From a candidate division WOR-3 bacterium (lineage in GTDB: Bacteria; Hydrothermota; Tepidihabitantia; Tepidihabitantales; Tepidihabitantaceae): 64,000 nucleotides of DNA. The stretch covers positions 78,663 to 142,662 of the forward strand of contig JBBISL010000001.1 of the NCBI GenBank assembly GCA_037441285.1, read 5' to 3'. Below, one piece after another: positions 28,940 through 38,465 of the stretch. Each line of letters begins with the position of its first letter. Positions within the stretch are counted from its first letter, which is position 1. Both the position numbers and the translations under genes were made by a program. The notes beneath the pieces are model-generated. The model did no database searches. It was not told the origin of the DNA and worked only from the letters and a program-made list of their open reading frames with translations.

Positions 28940-30427
28940 ATGGATGTATTTGAGGGTTTAATAATTGTTGATGCGCAGAGCCCACCCGTTGCCGGGAAGT
29001 TGCTAATAGAGAGTGGAAAAGTTGCCGCAATTTTACCGAGTCCCGAACCAAAAACAAAAACTTATATCGCCCCTGGTTTCATCGACGCTCATATCCATCC
29101 AATAGAAACTGGTTTGGGAATGATTTATCCGGATTTTTCGGCTGCTTCTTCAATCGCCGAGGTCTTAGGAATTCTCGCAGCGAGCATTGCCCGGATGTCC
29201 GATTCCCCTGTTTTTCTGGGATTCAACTTGGACCCGGACCGGTTAAAAGAGCACCGCTATCCCTACCGCCGGGAATTAGACCGGATACTGGACCGCGTCC
29301 CAACCTTGATTTATCGTGTTGATGGCCATTCTGCCGCAGTAAACTCCCGAGCACTCGAAATGCTACCTGAAATAAATTTTCCCGGTGTGGAATTGGACGG
29401 TGCCGGTAAACCAACCGGCGTTGTTAGAAGTAAGGCATACGAACTCCTTTCGGCAAACCTAAAACGCCGGCTCCCCTCAGAAATTATCCAGGAGGCAATC
29501 AACTTCACCGCGCACATCGCTTTGCGAAACGGCGTCATTGCTTTAGGAGCAATGGTGGGCTCGGACGAATATAGCGAAAACGAATGGGCAACTTTGCTTA
29601 ACGCCCTTACCAGCGCACCCATCAAAATGATTCCCTACCTTCAAACCTGGAATGTAAAAGCGGCTCAGCAGTTTTCTCTATCTCGAATCGGAGGTTGTTT
29701 ATTACTTGACGGCTCCTTTGGTTCGCACACTGCGGCACTTCTTGAAGACTATGCCGACGCCTTAGGATACCAGGGCGTACTTTACCAGGAAGACAGCCAC
29801 ATAATCGAATTCCTCAAACAGGCGATTAAAATGAACTTACAAACTGCGTTCCACGCCATTGGTGACCGTGCCGTGGAACAAATCGTCCGCTGCCACGAAC
29901 AGGTTGCCAGCGCAATGCCCAGAAAAGCCTTGCGCCACCGGATTGAACATGCCGAGCTGCTTTCTTCTGATTTAATTAAAAGGATTGCGGCGCAGGAGTT
30001 GGTCATCTGTGTCCAACCTGCCTTTGAAACTACCTGGGGCGGACCACAGGGTATGTATGCCAAGCGATTGGGTGCGCGCTGGCGGTTTACCAACCCCTAT
30101 CGAACCCTGTTTGACAACAAAATCGTTGTCGCCGGCGGCTCCGATGCACCAATCACACCCCTTGACCCACTCCGCGGGATTTATGCGGCAATGAACCTGC
30201 CCAATGAAGCACAACGAATCACCGGACCTGAGGCACTGGTGCTTTTTACCGAAAATGCGGCATACGCGCTCGGTATTGAAAATACCAGCGGCAAACTTGC
30301 TCCGGGCATGGAAGCCAATTTTGTCGTGCTCAGCGGCGACCCCAGAGAAGATGTCCATTGCCAGATATTGGCAACATATTACCAAGGTAAATTGCTTTTT
30401 AGCACCCCTCTTGTGAAAGAAAGATGA
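28940..30427 (+). CDS. amidohydrolase (YtcJ-like)
   Basis: PGFIDAHIH, DGHSA, DGSFGSHTA, HAIGDRA, RIEHAE, GSDAP. Confidence 0.88.
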   Translation: MDVFEGLIIVDAQSPPVAGKLLIESGKVAAILPSPEPKTKTYIAPGFIDAHIHPIETGLGMIYPDFSAASSIAEVLGILAASIARMSDSPVFLGFNLDPDRLKEHRYPYRRELDRILDRVPTLIYRVDGHSAAVNSRALEMLPEINFPGVELDGAGKPTGVVRSKAYELLSANLKRRLPSEIIQEAINFTAHIALRNGVIALGAMVGSDEYSENEWATLLNALTSAPIKMIPYLQTWNVKAAQQFSLSRIGGCLLLDGSFGSHTAALLEDYADALGYQGVLYQEDSHIIEFLKQAIKMNLQTAFHAIGDRAVEQIVRCHEQVASAMPRKALRHRIEHAELLSSDLIKRIAAQELVICVQPAFETTWGGPQGMYAKRLGARWRFTNPYRTLFDNKIVVAGGSDAPITPLDPLRGIYAAMNLPNEAQRITGPEALVLFTENAAYALGIENTSGKLAPGMEANFVVLSGDPREDVHCQILATYYQGKLLFSTPLVKER

Positions 30428-32145
30428 AAAATCAAGAACTTGCCGAAATCTTTGACCAGATTGCCGATGCCTTAGAGCTAAAAGGAGAAACCGGCTTTCG
30501 GGTCCTCGCCTATCGGAAGGCAGCCCGGGTGCTTGCCGAATTAACCGAAGATATCGAAGAACTCGACCGGGAGAATCGATTAGAAACTGTCCCGGGGATT
30601 GGTTCCGGAATTGCCAAAAAGATTCATGAGTATCTAACCACCGGCAAAATGCAAAAACTCAAAGAGGTGACGAATGGCCTGGAACCAGGCCTCTTTGTCC
30701 TGCTAAAAATTCCCGGGGTTGGACCCAAAACAGTACGGCTTCTTAATCAGAAACTCGGGGTAAAAGACCTCGAAGATTTAAAGCGAGTGCTTGCCGACGG
30801 TTCAGCCGCAAAACTACCCGGTATGGGAGCAAAAAAAGTAGAAAACATCCTGCAGGGCATACAAACCGCCGAACATGCCGGAGAAAGGATGTATCTAAAC
30901 GAAGCGTATGAGTTAGCCGAAGCGATTGTGAACCAGATTAAGAATGCGGGCGTTGCGGACCAGGTGACTTTTGCCGGTTCCCTGCGCCGGGGCAAAGAAA
31001 CAATCGGCGACATCGACATCCTTGCCAGCGGGAAAAATCCGACCGCGATTATCAACTGTTTTATTAATTATCCCAAAAAACACCAGGTGGTTTCCGCCGG
31101 TGATACCAAGGCGTCGATTGTTGTCAACACCGGAAAGGCGCTTCGTCAGATTGACCTGCGAGTTGTCCACAGAAACGAGTTCGGTGCTGCCCTGCAGTAC
31201 TTTACCGGTTCGAAAGCCCACAATATCGCCCTGAGAACAATAGCTCAGAAACAGGGTTTGATGATTTATGAATATGGCGTTTTCGGAGTAGAATAAAGCA
31301 TTGCCGGAAAAAATGAAACCGAAGAGTATCAAGCCCTTGGTCTCCCCTACATCGAACCTGAGTTACGAGAAGACCGGGGTGAAATCGAAGCCGCAAAATC
31401 CGGGCGTCTTCCCCGCCTCATTCAATTAACCGACATTAAATCGGACCTTCATATCCATACCGACGCTTCTGACGGTCTATCAACACTGGAAGATATTGTT
31501 ACCGCCTGTCGGCAAAGAGGTTATACCCATATTGCAATTGCGGAACATTCGGTATCAGCCGGTTACGCCGGAGGACTTAGTGAGGATGAACTCCTCCGCC
31601 GGTGTGAGACGATTGACCAGTTAAACAACAAACTCACCGGATTCCAGGTGTTAAAAGCCGCGGAAGTAGACATCACACCTGAAGGAAAACTTGACTATTC
31701 CGACCGAACTCTCAGGCAATTAGACCTGGTTATTGCCTCAATTCACCAGGCATTTAACCGGGAAGCAACCAGGCGCATCTGCTTTGCAATTGAACACCCA
31801 CTGGTCCATATCATCGCCCACCCGAGCGGTCGGCTTATCAACAAAAGACCTGGCTATGATATCGACCTCGAAAAGGTAATCGAATGGGCCGCTAAATTCA
31901 AAAAAGTCCTTGAGATTAACTCGTATTACGCCCGTCTGGATTTAAACGATGTCTGGGCAAAAAGGGCAAAAGATGCGGGCGTCCTTCTGGCAATTAACAC
32001 CGATGCTCATGCGGTTGCCGACCTCTCCTGGATGCGTTACGGGGTCATTACCGCACGCCGGGCATGGCTGGAAAAAACCGATGTGATTAATTGCCTTACC
32101 TTAAACCAGCTTTTAAAACTTTTAAAAACCATCCAACAGATTTAA
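30424..32145 (+). pseudogene. polX: DNA polymerase X / PHP-exonuclease with one in-frame TAA at 31294-31296
   Basis: GSLRR.KETIGDID, QIDLR, FTGSK.HN before the stop; the same frame continues PELRED, DLHIHT..SDG, HPSGR, NTDAH to 32145. Confidence 0.9.
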
Positions 32146-32798
32146 CGCCCGCTCATTCGTTTATCCAGCCATCGACAGCCGGCTAAAACCTCTTTCAGGC
32201 TGCCAATCTGATGTTCACCTTTTGTCACAAGCAAGGTACAAGCCACACCCGCGGACGCAAACTCTTCAAACATCCTGTAATTACTCTGGCAATTCCAGTC
32301 TTTTTCCCTCGTAACAAGATAGATGAAGTTGTTGGCAAAAATCGAGGGGGAATCGGTTAATCTCGGTGCTACCATCGGAGCACATACCGCAACCACGCCC
32401 CGGATTAACTCCGGATGCAGCAGGGCTGTTGCCAATGCCTGACTGCCCTGACCGGAAAATCCATAAATAACAATCCGACTGGAATCAACCGGATATCGGT
32501 TAATTAACTTCTTCACAGTGTGATAGATATCAACATCGTTAAGATAGATGTCTCGATGGTTGCGACTTGCATGGCAGGTAGCCAACGCCCAATTCAGAGA
32601 GTCCGCAATAAGTCTAAAACTGTCGATATCTCCGCGGGTTGCACCATTGCACTGGAGGACAATTAAACCCGGGACCAGGTTTTTGTCGCACTCAACCCTT
32701 GACGGCACATAGTAACAGTTGCTGTCTTCATCGCAATACACCACGGGCTGAGCAATCAAATTCAGCGCAAGAACGCACAATCCCCAGAAAAGTTCCAT
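32142..32798 (-). CDS. putative secreted alpha/beta hydrolase
   Basis: signal-like N-terminus, D.SRI.IYGFSGQG nucleophile elbow, KD and GEH candidates for Asp/His. Confidence 0.65.
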   Translation of the reverse strand: MELFWGLCVLALNLIAQPVVYCDEDSNCYYVPSRVECDKNLVPGLIVLQCNGATRGDIDSFRLIADSLNWALATCHASRNHRDIYLNDVDIYHTVKKLINRYPVDSSRIVIYGFSGQGSQALATALLHPELIRGVVAVCAPMVAPRLTDSPSIFANNFIYLVTREKDWNCQSNYRMFEEFASAGVACTLLVTKGEHQIGSLKEVLAGCRWLDKRMSGR

Positions 32799-32805
32799 TT
32801 CGAGC

Positions 32806-33891
32806 CTACCTTTCGGCTTTTAATAATAGTATGGCGCCACTAATGCCAAAAACGATATTGGGTAGCCAAGCAGAAAGTACCGGACTTATGATATGAGCAT
32901 AACCGAAAGCCCGACAAATCTGAATAGCGCCCCAGTATAAAAAAGAAAAAAGCAACCCCAAGCCCAAACCTAACATAACCCCGCCCCGGCGCAGTTTTAC
33001 CGCAAGGGGCAGTCCTAAAACGGTCACGATTAAACCAATTAGGGCATAAGAAAATCGATAATGGTATTCAACCTCTTCCCGTGCAACATTTTCCCCCGCC
33101 CTTTTCATTTTAGCAATATAGCGCCTTAAAAATGGCGTTGATGTTTCCTCAATCGGACGCATCGGCATCAACCACTCATCTGGAGAAAAGTGGAACATAC
33201 TTAGTGCGACGCGCTTTAATCGCTGAAATTTTTCTTCGCCCCCGGCCGAAAATTGCCGAAGCACAATATTGTCTCCAACCCAACCACTGTCGCCCAAAGT
33301 TGCTGTTTCCCCATCAACCCGCGTCGCTACCTGCCGTTCTTTATTCAGTTCCAGAAGTAAAAAATTGTGTAACTTCGCTTCATCCTTTGTCTTTTGCCAC
33401 TCCCGAATCCATAGTACCCGGTTGCCATCAACTCGATACACATCAACACTGCGCTGTTCAACCGGCACCGACCGTTTTTCAATAACATAGCGACGTAAAT
33501 CACTGAGGTGGCGGTTAAAAGGAACTGTTATCAACTCATTACCCACCAGGTACAACAGCCCGGTTAATGCGCCGATAACTATCGCCGGTATAAAAAGGCG
33601 ATAAATTATTACCCCGGCACTTTTAAAAGCGGCGATTTCGTGGTAACGGGTCATCTGGCCATACACGACGAATACCGCTAAAACAAGACTTACCGGATAC
33701 AAAAGCGCTATTGCCGTGGGCAGGCTATAAAAATAATAACGAAGGACAACCGGCAGCGTAACATTGCGGCTGGTGAAATAACTCAGTTCTTCAAAAAGGT
33801 CGATTAAGAGATAAATTGTTACCACGCTCAGAAGTGCCAGCAGGGTAAACTTGATAAGTTCATAAAAGAGGTGGCGATAAATTATCTTCAT
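32806..33891 (-). CDS. lptG: LPS export permease LptG (LptF/LptG family)
   Basis: 3 TM + periplasmic domain + 3 TM, EI.A.KSAG, AWLPN. Confidence 0.85.
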   Translation of the reverse strand: MKIIYRHLFYELIKFTLLALLSVVTIYLLIDLFEELSYFTSRNVTLPVVLRYYFYSLPTAIALLYPVSLVLAVFVVYGQMTRYHEIAAFKSAGVIIYRLFIPAIVIGALTGLLYLVGNELITVPFNRHLSDLRRYVIEKRSVPVEQRSVDVYRVDGNRVLWIREWQKTKDEAKLHNFLLLELNKERQVATRVDGETATLGDSGWVGDNIVLRQFSAGGEEKFQRLKRVALSMFHFSPDEWLMPMRPIEETSTPFLRRYIAKMKRAGENVAREEVEYHYRFSYALIGLIVTVLGLPLAVKLRRGGVMLGLGLGLLFSFLYWGAIQICRAFGYAHIISPVLSAWLPNIVFGISGAILLLKAER

Positions 33892-35153
33892 CTTGCACCG
33901 GCACCGCTTCCCAAACCAAGTAGGTTTATTATTTTCTCGCCCAGAGAAACCTCAAAGAACGCTCTTGCCATCAGCTCTGCCACCGGAATAACGAGTAAGA
34001 TGTTAGGAAGCCACATTCCTAAAAAAGGTGATACCCGACCGCCCTCAGCAAAGTTTTCCCCCCCGAGGAGAACAACATAATAAACTGCATTGAATATCAT
34101 GCCTACGATAATCCCGGTACCAACCCCACCCCGCCGTAACACCACTCCCAACGGTGCCCCGAACAGGAGGAAAAAAAACGCCGAGAAGGCAAGGGAAAAC
34201 CGTTTGTGTACTTCAGTCAGGGACCGGGCCAGTTCAGCATTCTTGTAGCGCAGCCGGGTTCTCAGTTCGTCGCGCTTGAACTGTAACGCCTCGTTATCGG
34301 AACTCTTGCCCGCCAGTGAATCAAGTTGGCGCTTTAACTCCTGTACCGCCTTTTTGTTCTCCTTAATCACGGTTAGTAACTGGAACAGTCGCTTTTCATC
34401 ATCACCCCGATATTCTCGATTCCTTCTAATTAATTCATCATCCATCAGTATATTTATCGTATGTTGTTGAAACTCCAGGCGCCGGTAATTACCGTTCGTT
34501 GTCAGCTCGTGTATTTCTCCATCGTAAAGAGAAAGAATCATATACCGGTCATCGGGTGTATAATCAATTTTACCCCTTGGTGCCGTGACAAATGATGGCA
34601 CCCCCTTTCCCTTTGACTTCTCAAAAATCACCACATTGGAAACTTCCGAGCGCCTCTCATCAATTGCTCCAATATACACCATATACCCGGGAAAGTCATC
34701 AAGGAATACCCGTTCCTGAATCCGCAAGGACGGTTTTTTCCGGGCGATATCGGTCAAAAGCCCCCGAACCTGGTATTGCGATTCGGGCAGCACAAATCCG
34801 TTAAAAAATGCCATAAACGGCATTAAAACTGCTCCAAAAACCACTGCCGGAACAAAAATCCGCCAGGTGGGGATTCCCGCCGCACGAATTGCGGTAATTT
34901 CATTGTCCTGTGCCATGCGGCCAAAGGTGATTACGCCCCCAATCAGAACGGCCAGAGGTGTGCTGATGCTGATTACGAAGGGAAGGGAGAGAAACATTAT
35001 TTCTCCGATGATTTTTACCGCAACCCCTTTACGCACCAGTAAGTCGGCAAGAAGAAAAAGCCGGTCCATCAGCAAAATGAAAGACAGCACGATAATCGCA
35101 AACAGGAAAGCAGGAATTATCTGCCTGAAGGTCTCCCGCTCAAAAATCCTCAT
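33888..35153 (-). CDS. lptF: LPS export permease LptF (LptF/LptG family)
   Basis: FGRM.QDNEI.A.RAAG, E.HKRFS, MWLPN. Confidence 0.85.
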   Translation of the reverse strand: MRIFERETFRQIIPAFLFAIIVLSFILLMDRLFLLADLLVRKGVAVKIIGEIMFLSLPFVISISTPLAVLIGGVITFGRMAQDNEITAIRAAGIPTWRIFVPAVVFGAVLMPFMAFFNGFVLPESQYQVRGLLTDIARKKPSLRIQERVFLDDFPGYMVYIGAIDERRSEVSNVVIFEKSKGKGVPSFVTAPRGKIDYTPDDRYMILSLYDGEIHELTTNGNYRRLEFQQHTINILMDDELIRRNREYRGDDEKRLFQLLTVIKENKKAVQELKRQLDSLAGKSSDNEALQFKRDELRTRLRYKNAELARSLTEVHKRFSLAFSAFFFLLFGAPLGVVLRRGGVGTGIIVGMIFNAVYYVVLLGGENFAEGGRVSPFLGMWLPNILLVIPVAELMARAFFEVSLGEKIINLLGLGSGAGAR

Positions 35154-35159
35154 TTAACT

Positions 35160-35187
35160 ATCATATTCAGCACCTATTTTAAGTCAA
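35160..35187 (-). promoter_or_regulatory. promoter of lptF-lptG
   Basis: TTGACT-N16-TATGAT, 6 nt before ATG 35153. Confidence 0.7.
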
Positions 35188-35452
35188 GATTCAGTACAAA
35201 CATGGAAGCGGACAAGAATTTCCCTTACCATCCCCGAGACTACCCCGGGGTTGGGTAGGGAAAATCGCTATAAAACTGGTAACCCCTTTATATTTCATAG
35301 TGTTATTTAGAAATTCCGTTCTGCCATCCAGTATACTTTAAAGTATACTGACCAATAGCTGCTTAAGCCCAACCGCAGAACAATAAAAAAATTAACCGCC
35401 ACTTTATTAATTTACTCACATTCAATATAGTTGCCAATATCAGAGTAAATCA

Positions 35453-35480
35453 TTGACAGAATTATTATAGATATTATATT
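35453..35480 (+). promoter_or_regulatory. sigma70-type promoter
   Basis: TTGACA-N16-TATATT. Confidence 0.6.
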
Positions 35481-35498
35481 TTATCCAAAAGGGCGCAA

Positions 35499-36455
35499 TT
35501 GATGAATATGAATGATACATCTTCCCTAAAAATTCGAAATATAGAGAAAAGTGATGCTTATCAAGTAGGTTTATTAACAGACCAAATTTACGCCGAAATG
35601 GGAACTGAGCCGCTTTACTCGGTTGATGCCACAATAAGGCTTTTCGAAACTCCCTGGTTGCAAGACGGTGCGGGCCTGGTTCTGGAACAGGCCAAACGAA
35701 TTTTAGGATACGGATGGGCGCGGCATTTACCCTGGCACTGCCGCAATGTTATCCATATGGGACTTTTTCTGGGTCCAGAAGCACGGGAAAGAGGCAAATA
35801 TAAAATACTTACTGACGAACTTTTTAAAATCGCCCAGGGTCTGGCTCGTCGCTTCCGGATTTCCGAGGCTTTAATATTCTATCGAAGCGTTGACTATATC
35901 CATCCACCCATAATCTCCCAACTCGGATTTCAAAAACATCCGGTTTCAATGCTTGGTTTTCGGCATACTCTTGAATCATTAGATGAAGTTAAGCTTCCGC
36001 CGGGAATCGTAATCCGTCCCGCCCATCTTCCCGGCGAAAAAAGTTTAATCCACTCCCTGGGCATGGAAGCGTTTGACGACCCCCTAAATCAAGGAGAGCA
36101 TATCAACGAAGCCCATCTCGATATCGAAATGGGAAACCCGGGATTTAAAAACGAACAGTTTATGATTGCCTGGCAGGGAGATAAACCTGCCGGCTACCTG
36201 GTAATTTTGTCGGGAACGGACCGGCCCGGAGAAAAGAGCTACGACATTGCCGAAGTCGGGGTTGTTCCGCCATTGCGCCGTAAGGGAATCGGCACCGCCC
36301 TACTTCTTATGGCGCTGCACTGGATTAAAAAACAAAATGCTCGTGTTGCGTTGATTGCGGCATTCAGTAGTAATTCTGTGATATCACTTTATTGGCGGTT
36401 AAGATTCCGGCCGGACCCGCTCCGTACCTATAATTTCTTCATCCGGCAAATTTAA
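35499..36455 (+). CDS. GNAT family N-acetyltransferase (tandem-domain size)
   Basis: EVGVVP.LRRKGIG.AL acetyl-CoA motif, LY.RL.F; the start may be ATG 35502. Confidence 0.8.
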   Translation: MMNMNDTSSLKIRNIEKSDAYQVGLLTDQIYAEMGTEPLYSVDATIRLFETPWLQDGAGLVLEQAKRILGYGWARHLPWHCRNVIHMGLFLGPEARERGKYKILTDELFKIAQGLARRFRISEALIFYRSVDYIHPPIISQLGFQKHPVSMLGFRHTLESLDEVKLPPGIVIRPAHLPGEKSLIHSLGMEAFDDPLNQGEHINEAHLDIEMGNPGFKNEQFMIAWQGDKPAGYLVILSGTDRPGEKSYDIAEVGVVPPLRRKGIGTALLLMALHWIKKQNARVALIAAFSSNSVISLYWRLRFRPDPLRTYNFFIRQI

Positions 36456-36498
36456 ACACTGCTTTCCATATTGTTCACATCAGGAGCGCATTACCCTG

Positions 36499-36527
36499 TT
36501 GACCCAAAGTGTAACATTTGTTAAATT
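36499..36527 (+). promoter_or_regulatory. purM promoter
   Basis: TTGACC-N17-TAAATT, 5 nt before ATG 36533. Confidence 0.55.
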
Positions 36528-36532
36528 AACCT

Positions 36533-37531
36533 ATGTTATATCGTGATGCTGGTGTTGATATTGAACGGATGAATGCCGTCAAAAAAGAAATTGGCTCGCT
36601 GGTCAGAAAAACATATTTGCCTGAGGTCATTTCCGGAGTGGGTTTGTTTGGTTCCCTGTTCCGAATCCCCCGGAAACGAAAACCGGTCCTTGTTGCCAGT
36701 TGCGATAGCGTGGGAACAAAGGTACTCATCGCCCGGGAAATGGGCGTGTTTAACACCGTTGGCATTGACATCGTTAACCATTGTGTAAATGATATCCTCA
36801 CCCTCGGCGCAAAACCTCTATTCTTCCTTGATTACATTGCCCACTCAGACTTATCAAGTAATCAGTTGCTTGACCTGATAAAAGGTTTAACCAATGCCTG
36901 TCGGCAAAATGGCTGTGCCCTGGTTGGAGGCGAAACCGCGATGATGCCCGACATTTACCGAACCGGAGATTTTGACCTTGTTGGATTCATCGTCGGCATT
37001 GTTGAGCAAGACCAAATCGTTGATGCCCAAAAATTGAAACCCGGTGATATCGCGATTGGCATTCCCTCAAATGGGCTCCACACCAATGGCTACTCGCTTG
37101 CTCGCAAGGTCCTTTTTAAGTTGAATCGCTTAACTGTACATTCCAAAGTTCCGGGGCTTAAGCACTCTTTGGGCAAAGAACTGCTCCGGCCCCATCGCTC
37201 TTATTTTAAGTCGGTCTATCCGCTTCTTGACCAGGTCAAGGCAATTGCCCATATCACGGGCGGCGGGTTCTACGACAACATAAGCCGGCTATTGCCGCCC
37301 GAAACCTCCTGTATCATCAAAAAATCGACCTGGCGCCCTCCCCCGATATTTCAGTTAATCCAGAAATTGGGCGCGGTCCCGGACGAGGAGATGTATCGGA
37401 CCTTCAATATGGGTATCGGCATGGTACTCTTTGTTGCCCCGGATAAAGTGGCTACAATCCGGCGCCGTATTCCTTGCGCAAAGGTAATCGGTAAAGTTGT
37501 CCGCGGCACATTCGCGGTTGCGGTAATATAA
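36533..37531 (+). CDS. purM: phosphoribosylformylglycinamidine cyclo-ligase
   Basis: YRDAGVD, D.VGTK, CVND, GGETA.MP, S.GLHTNGYSL, HITGGG, FNMGIG. Confidence 0.97.
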   Translation: MLYRDAGVDIERMNAVKKEIGSLVRKTYLPEVISGVGLFGSLFRIPRKRKPVLVASCDSVGTKVLIAREMGVFNTVGIDIVNHCVNDILTLGAKPLFFLDYIAHSDLSSNQLLDLIKGLTNACRQNGCALVGGETAMMPDIYRTGDFDLVGFIVGIVEQDQIVDAQKLKPGDIAIGIPSNGLHTNGYSLARKVLFKLNRLTVHSKVPGLKHSLGKELLRPHRSYFKSVYPLLDQVKAIAHITGGGFYDNISRLLPPETSCIIKKSTWRPPPIFQLIQKLGAVPDEEMYRTFNMGIGMVLFVAPDKVATIRRRIPCAKVIGKVVRGTFAVAVI

Positions 37532-37541
37532 CCATTGAAAA

Positions 37542-38465
37542 TCAACCCCGGGGATGGAAGGTCCTGTAAACTTCCCGCAGATAAGTTCGGTCAATATGGG
37601 TGTAAATCTGGGTCGTGACAATACTGGAATGGCCCAGCATCTCCTGCACAACCCGTAAGTCAGCGCCCCCTTCCAGCAGGTGAGTTGCAAATGAGTGACG
37701 CAGGATATGAGGTGTAATGCGCCGTTCGATTCCAGCAAGACGGGCACACTGCCGAAGAATCTTCCAGAACCCCATTCTACTCAACCTGCCCCCCCTCCGA
37801 TTAAGAAAAAGATAAGGTGTGCTTTTGCCCCGGGCATAATGTTCGCGTGCCAGCCCCAGATAATCTTTAACCGCCTGCAAAGCCGGTGTACCCAATGGCA
37901 CCAGTCGCTCTTTTGCCCTTTTGCCAAAAATGCGAACAAATCTCTCGCTCATATCGATATCGCTCGTTTTTAAGTTTAACAGTTCTGATACTCTTAATCC
38001 GGCACCATAAGCCACTTCCAGCATCGCCCTTGCCCGTAGTGCCCAGAACCGGTCCGGAGCCTTAACCGTGCTTTCAATTAAACACGAAACCTCATTCTGA
38101 CTTAATGTTTGGGGCAGACGCCGCTTCGGGCGCGGTAATTTCAACTCCTGTGCCGGGTCTGGCAAGTTATACTCCGCTTCAAGAAAAGCCCCAAACACAC
38201 GAATCGAACTCAACTTACGAGCAAATGTGGATGTTGCAATACCACAGTCGGATAAAGTCTGAACAAACTGTCGCAACAGTTTCAAGTTTATCAATTCAGG
38301 GTTTTGGGCAATCTCGGGCTTAAATGCATACAACTGCTTGATATCGGTAAGATAACAGTCAGCCGAAACTTTTGTTACACCCCTTTCAACCAAAAGGTAA
38401 TGACTGAAACGCTCAAGGGTTGATGAAACTAACTCCTTAATTTGGGCCGGACTCTTTCTTTTCAA
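37542..38465 (-). CDS. xerD: site-specific tyrosine recombinase XerD
   Basis: GLRVSEL, GK.AKERLVP, LSRMGFWK, TPH.LRHSFATHLLEGGADLR.VQE.LGH....TTQIYTH. Confidence 0.92.
   Translation of the reverse strand: MKRKSPAQIKELVSSTLERFSHYLLVERGVTKVSADCYLTDIKQLYAFKPEIAQNPELINLKLLRQFVQTLSDCGIATSTFARKLSSIRVFGAFLEAEYNLPDPAQELKLPRPKRRLPQTLSQNEVSCLIESTVKAPDRFWALRARAMLEVAYGAGLRVSELLNLKTSDIDMSERFVRIFGKRAKERLVPLGTPALQAVKDYLGLAREHYARGKSTPYLFLNRRGGRLSRMGFWKILRQCARLAGIERRITPHILRHSFATHLLEGGADLRVVQEMLGHSSIVTTQIYTHIDRTYLREVYRTFHPRG

Noticed and set aside
31255..31330. Diversity-generating retroelement variable region
   Set aside because: No reverse transcriptase or template repeat in the window, and the apparent changes are not limited to adenines.
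37542..38465. Phage or island integrase
   Set aside because: Size and motifs are those of housekeeping XerD, it is coupled to nadB, and there are no att repeats or phage genes.
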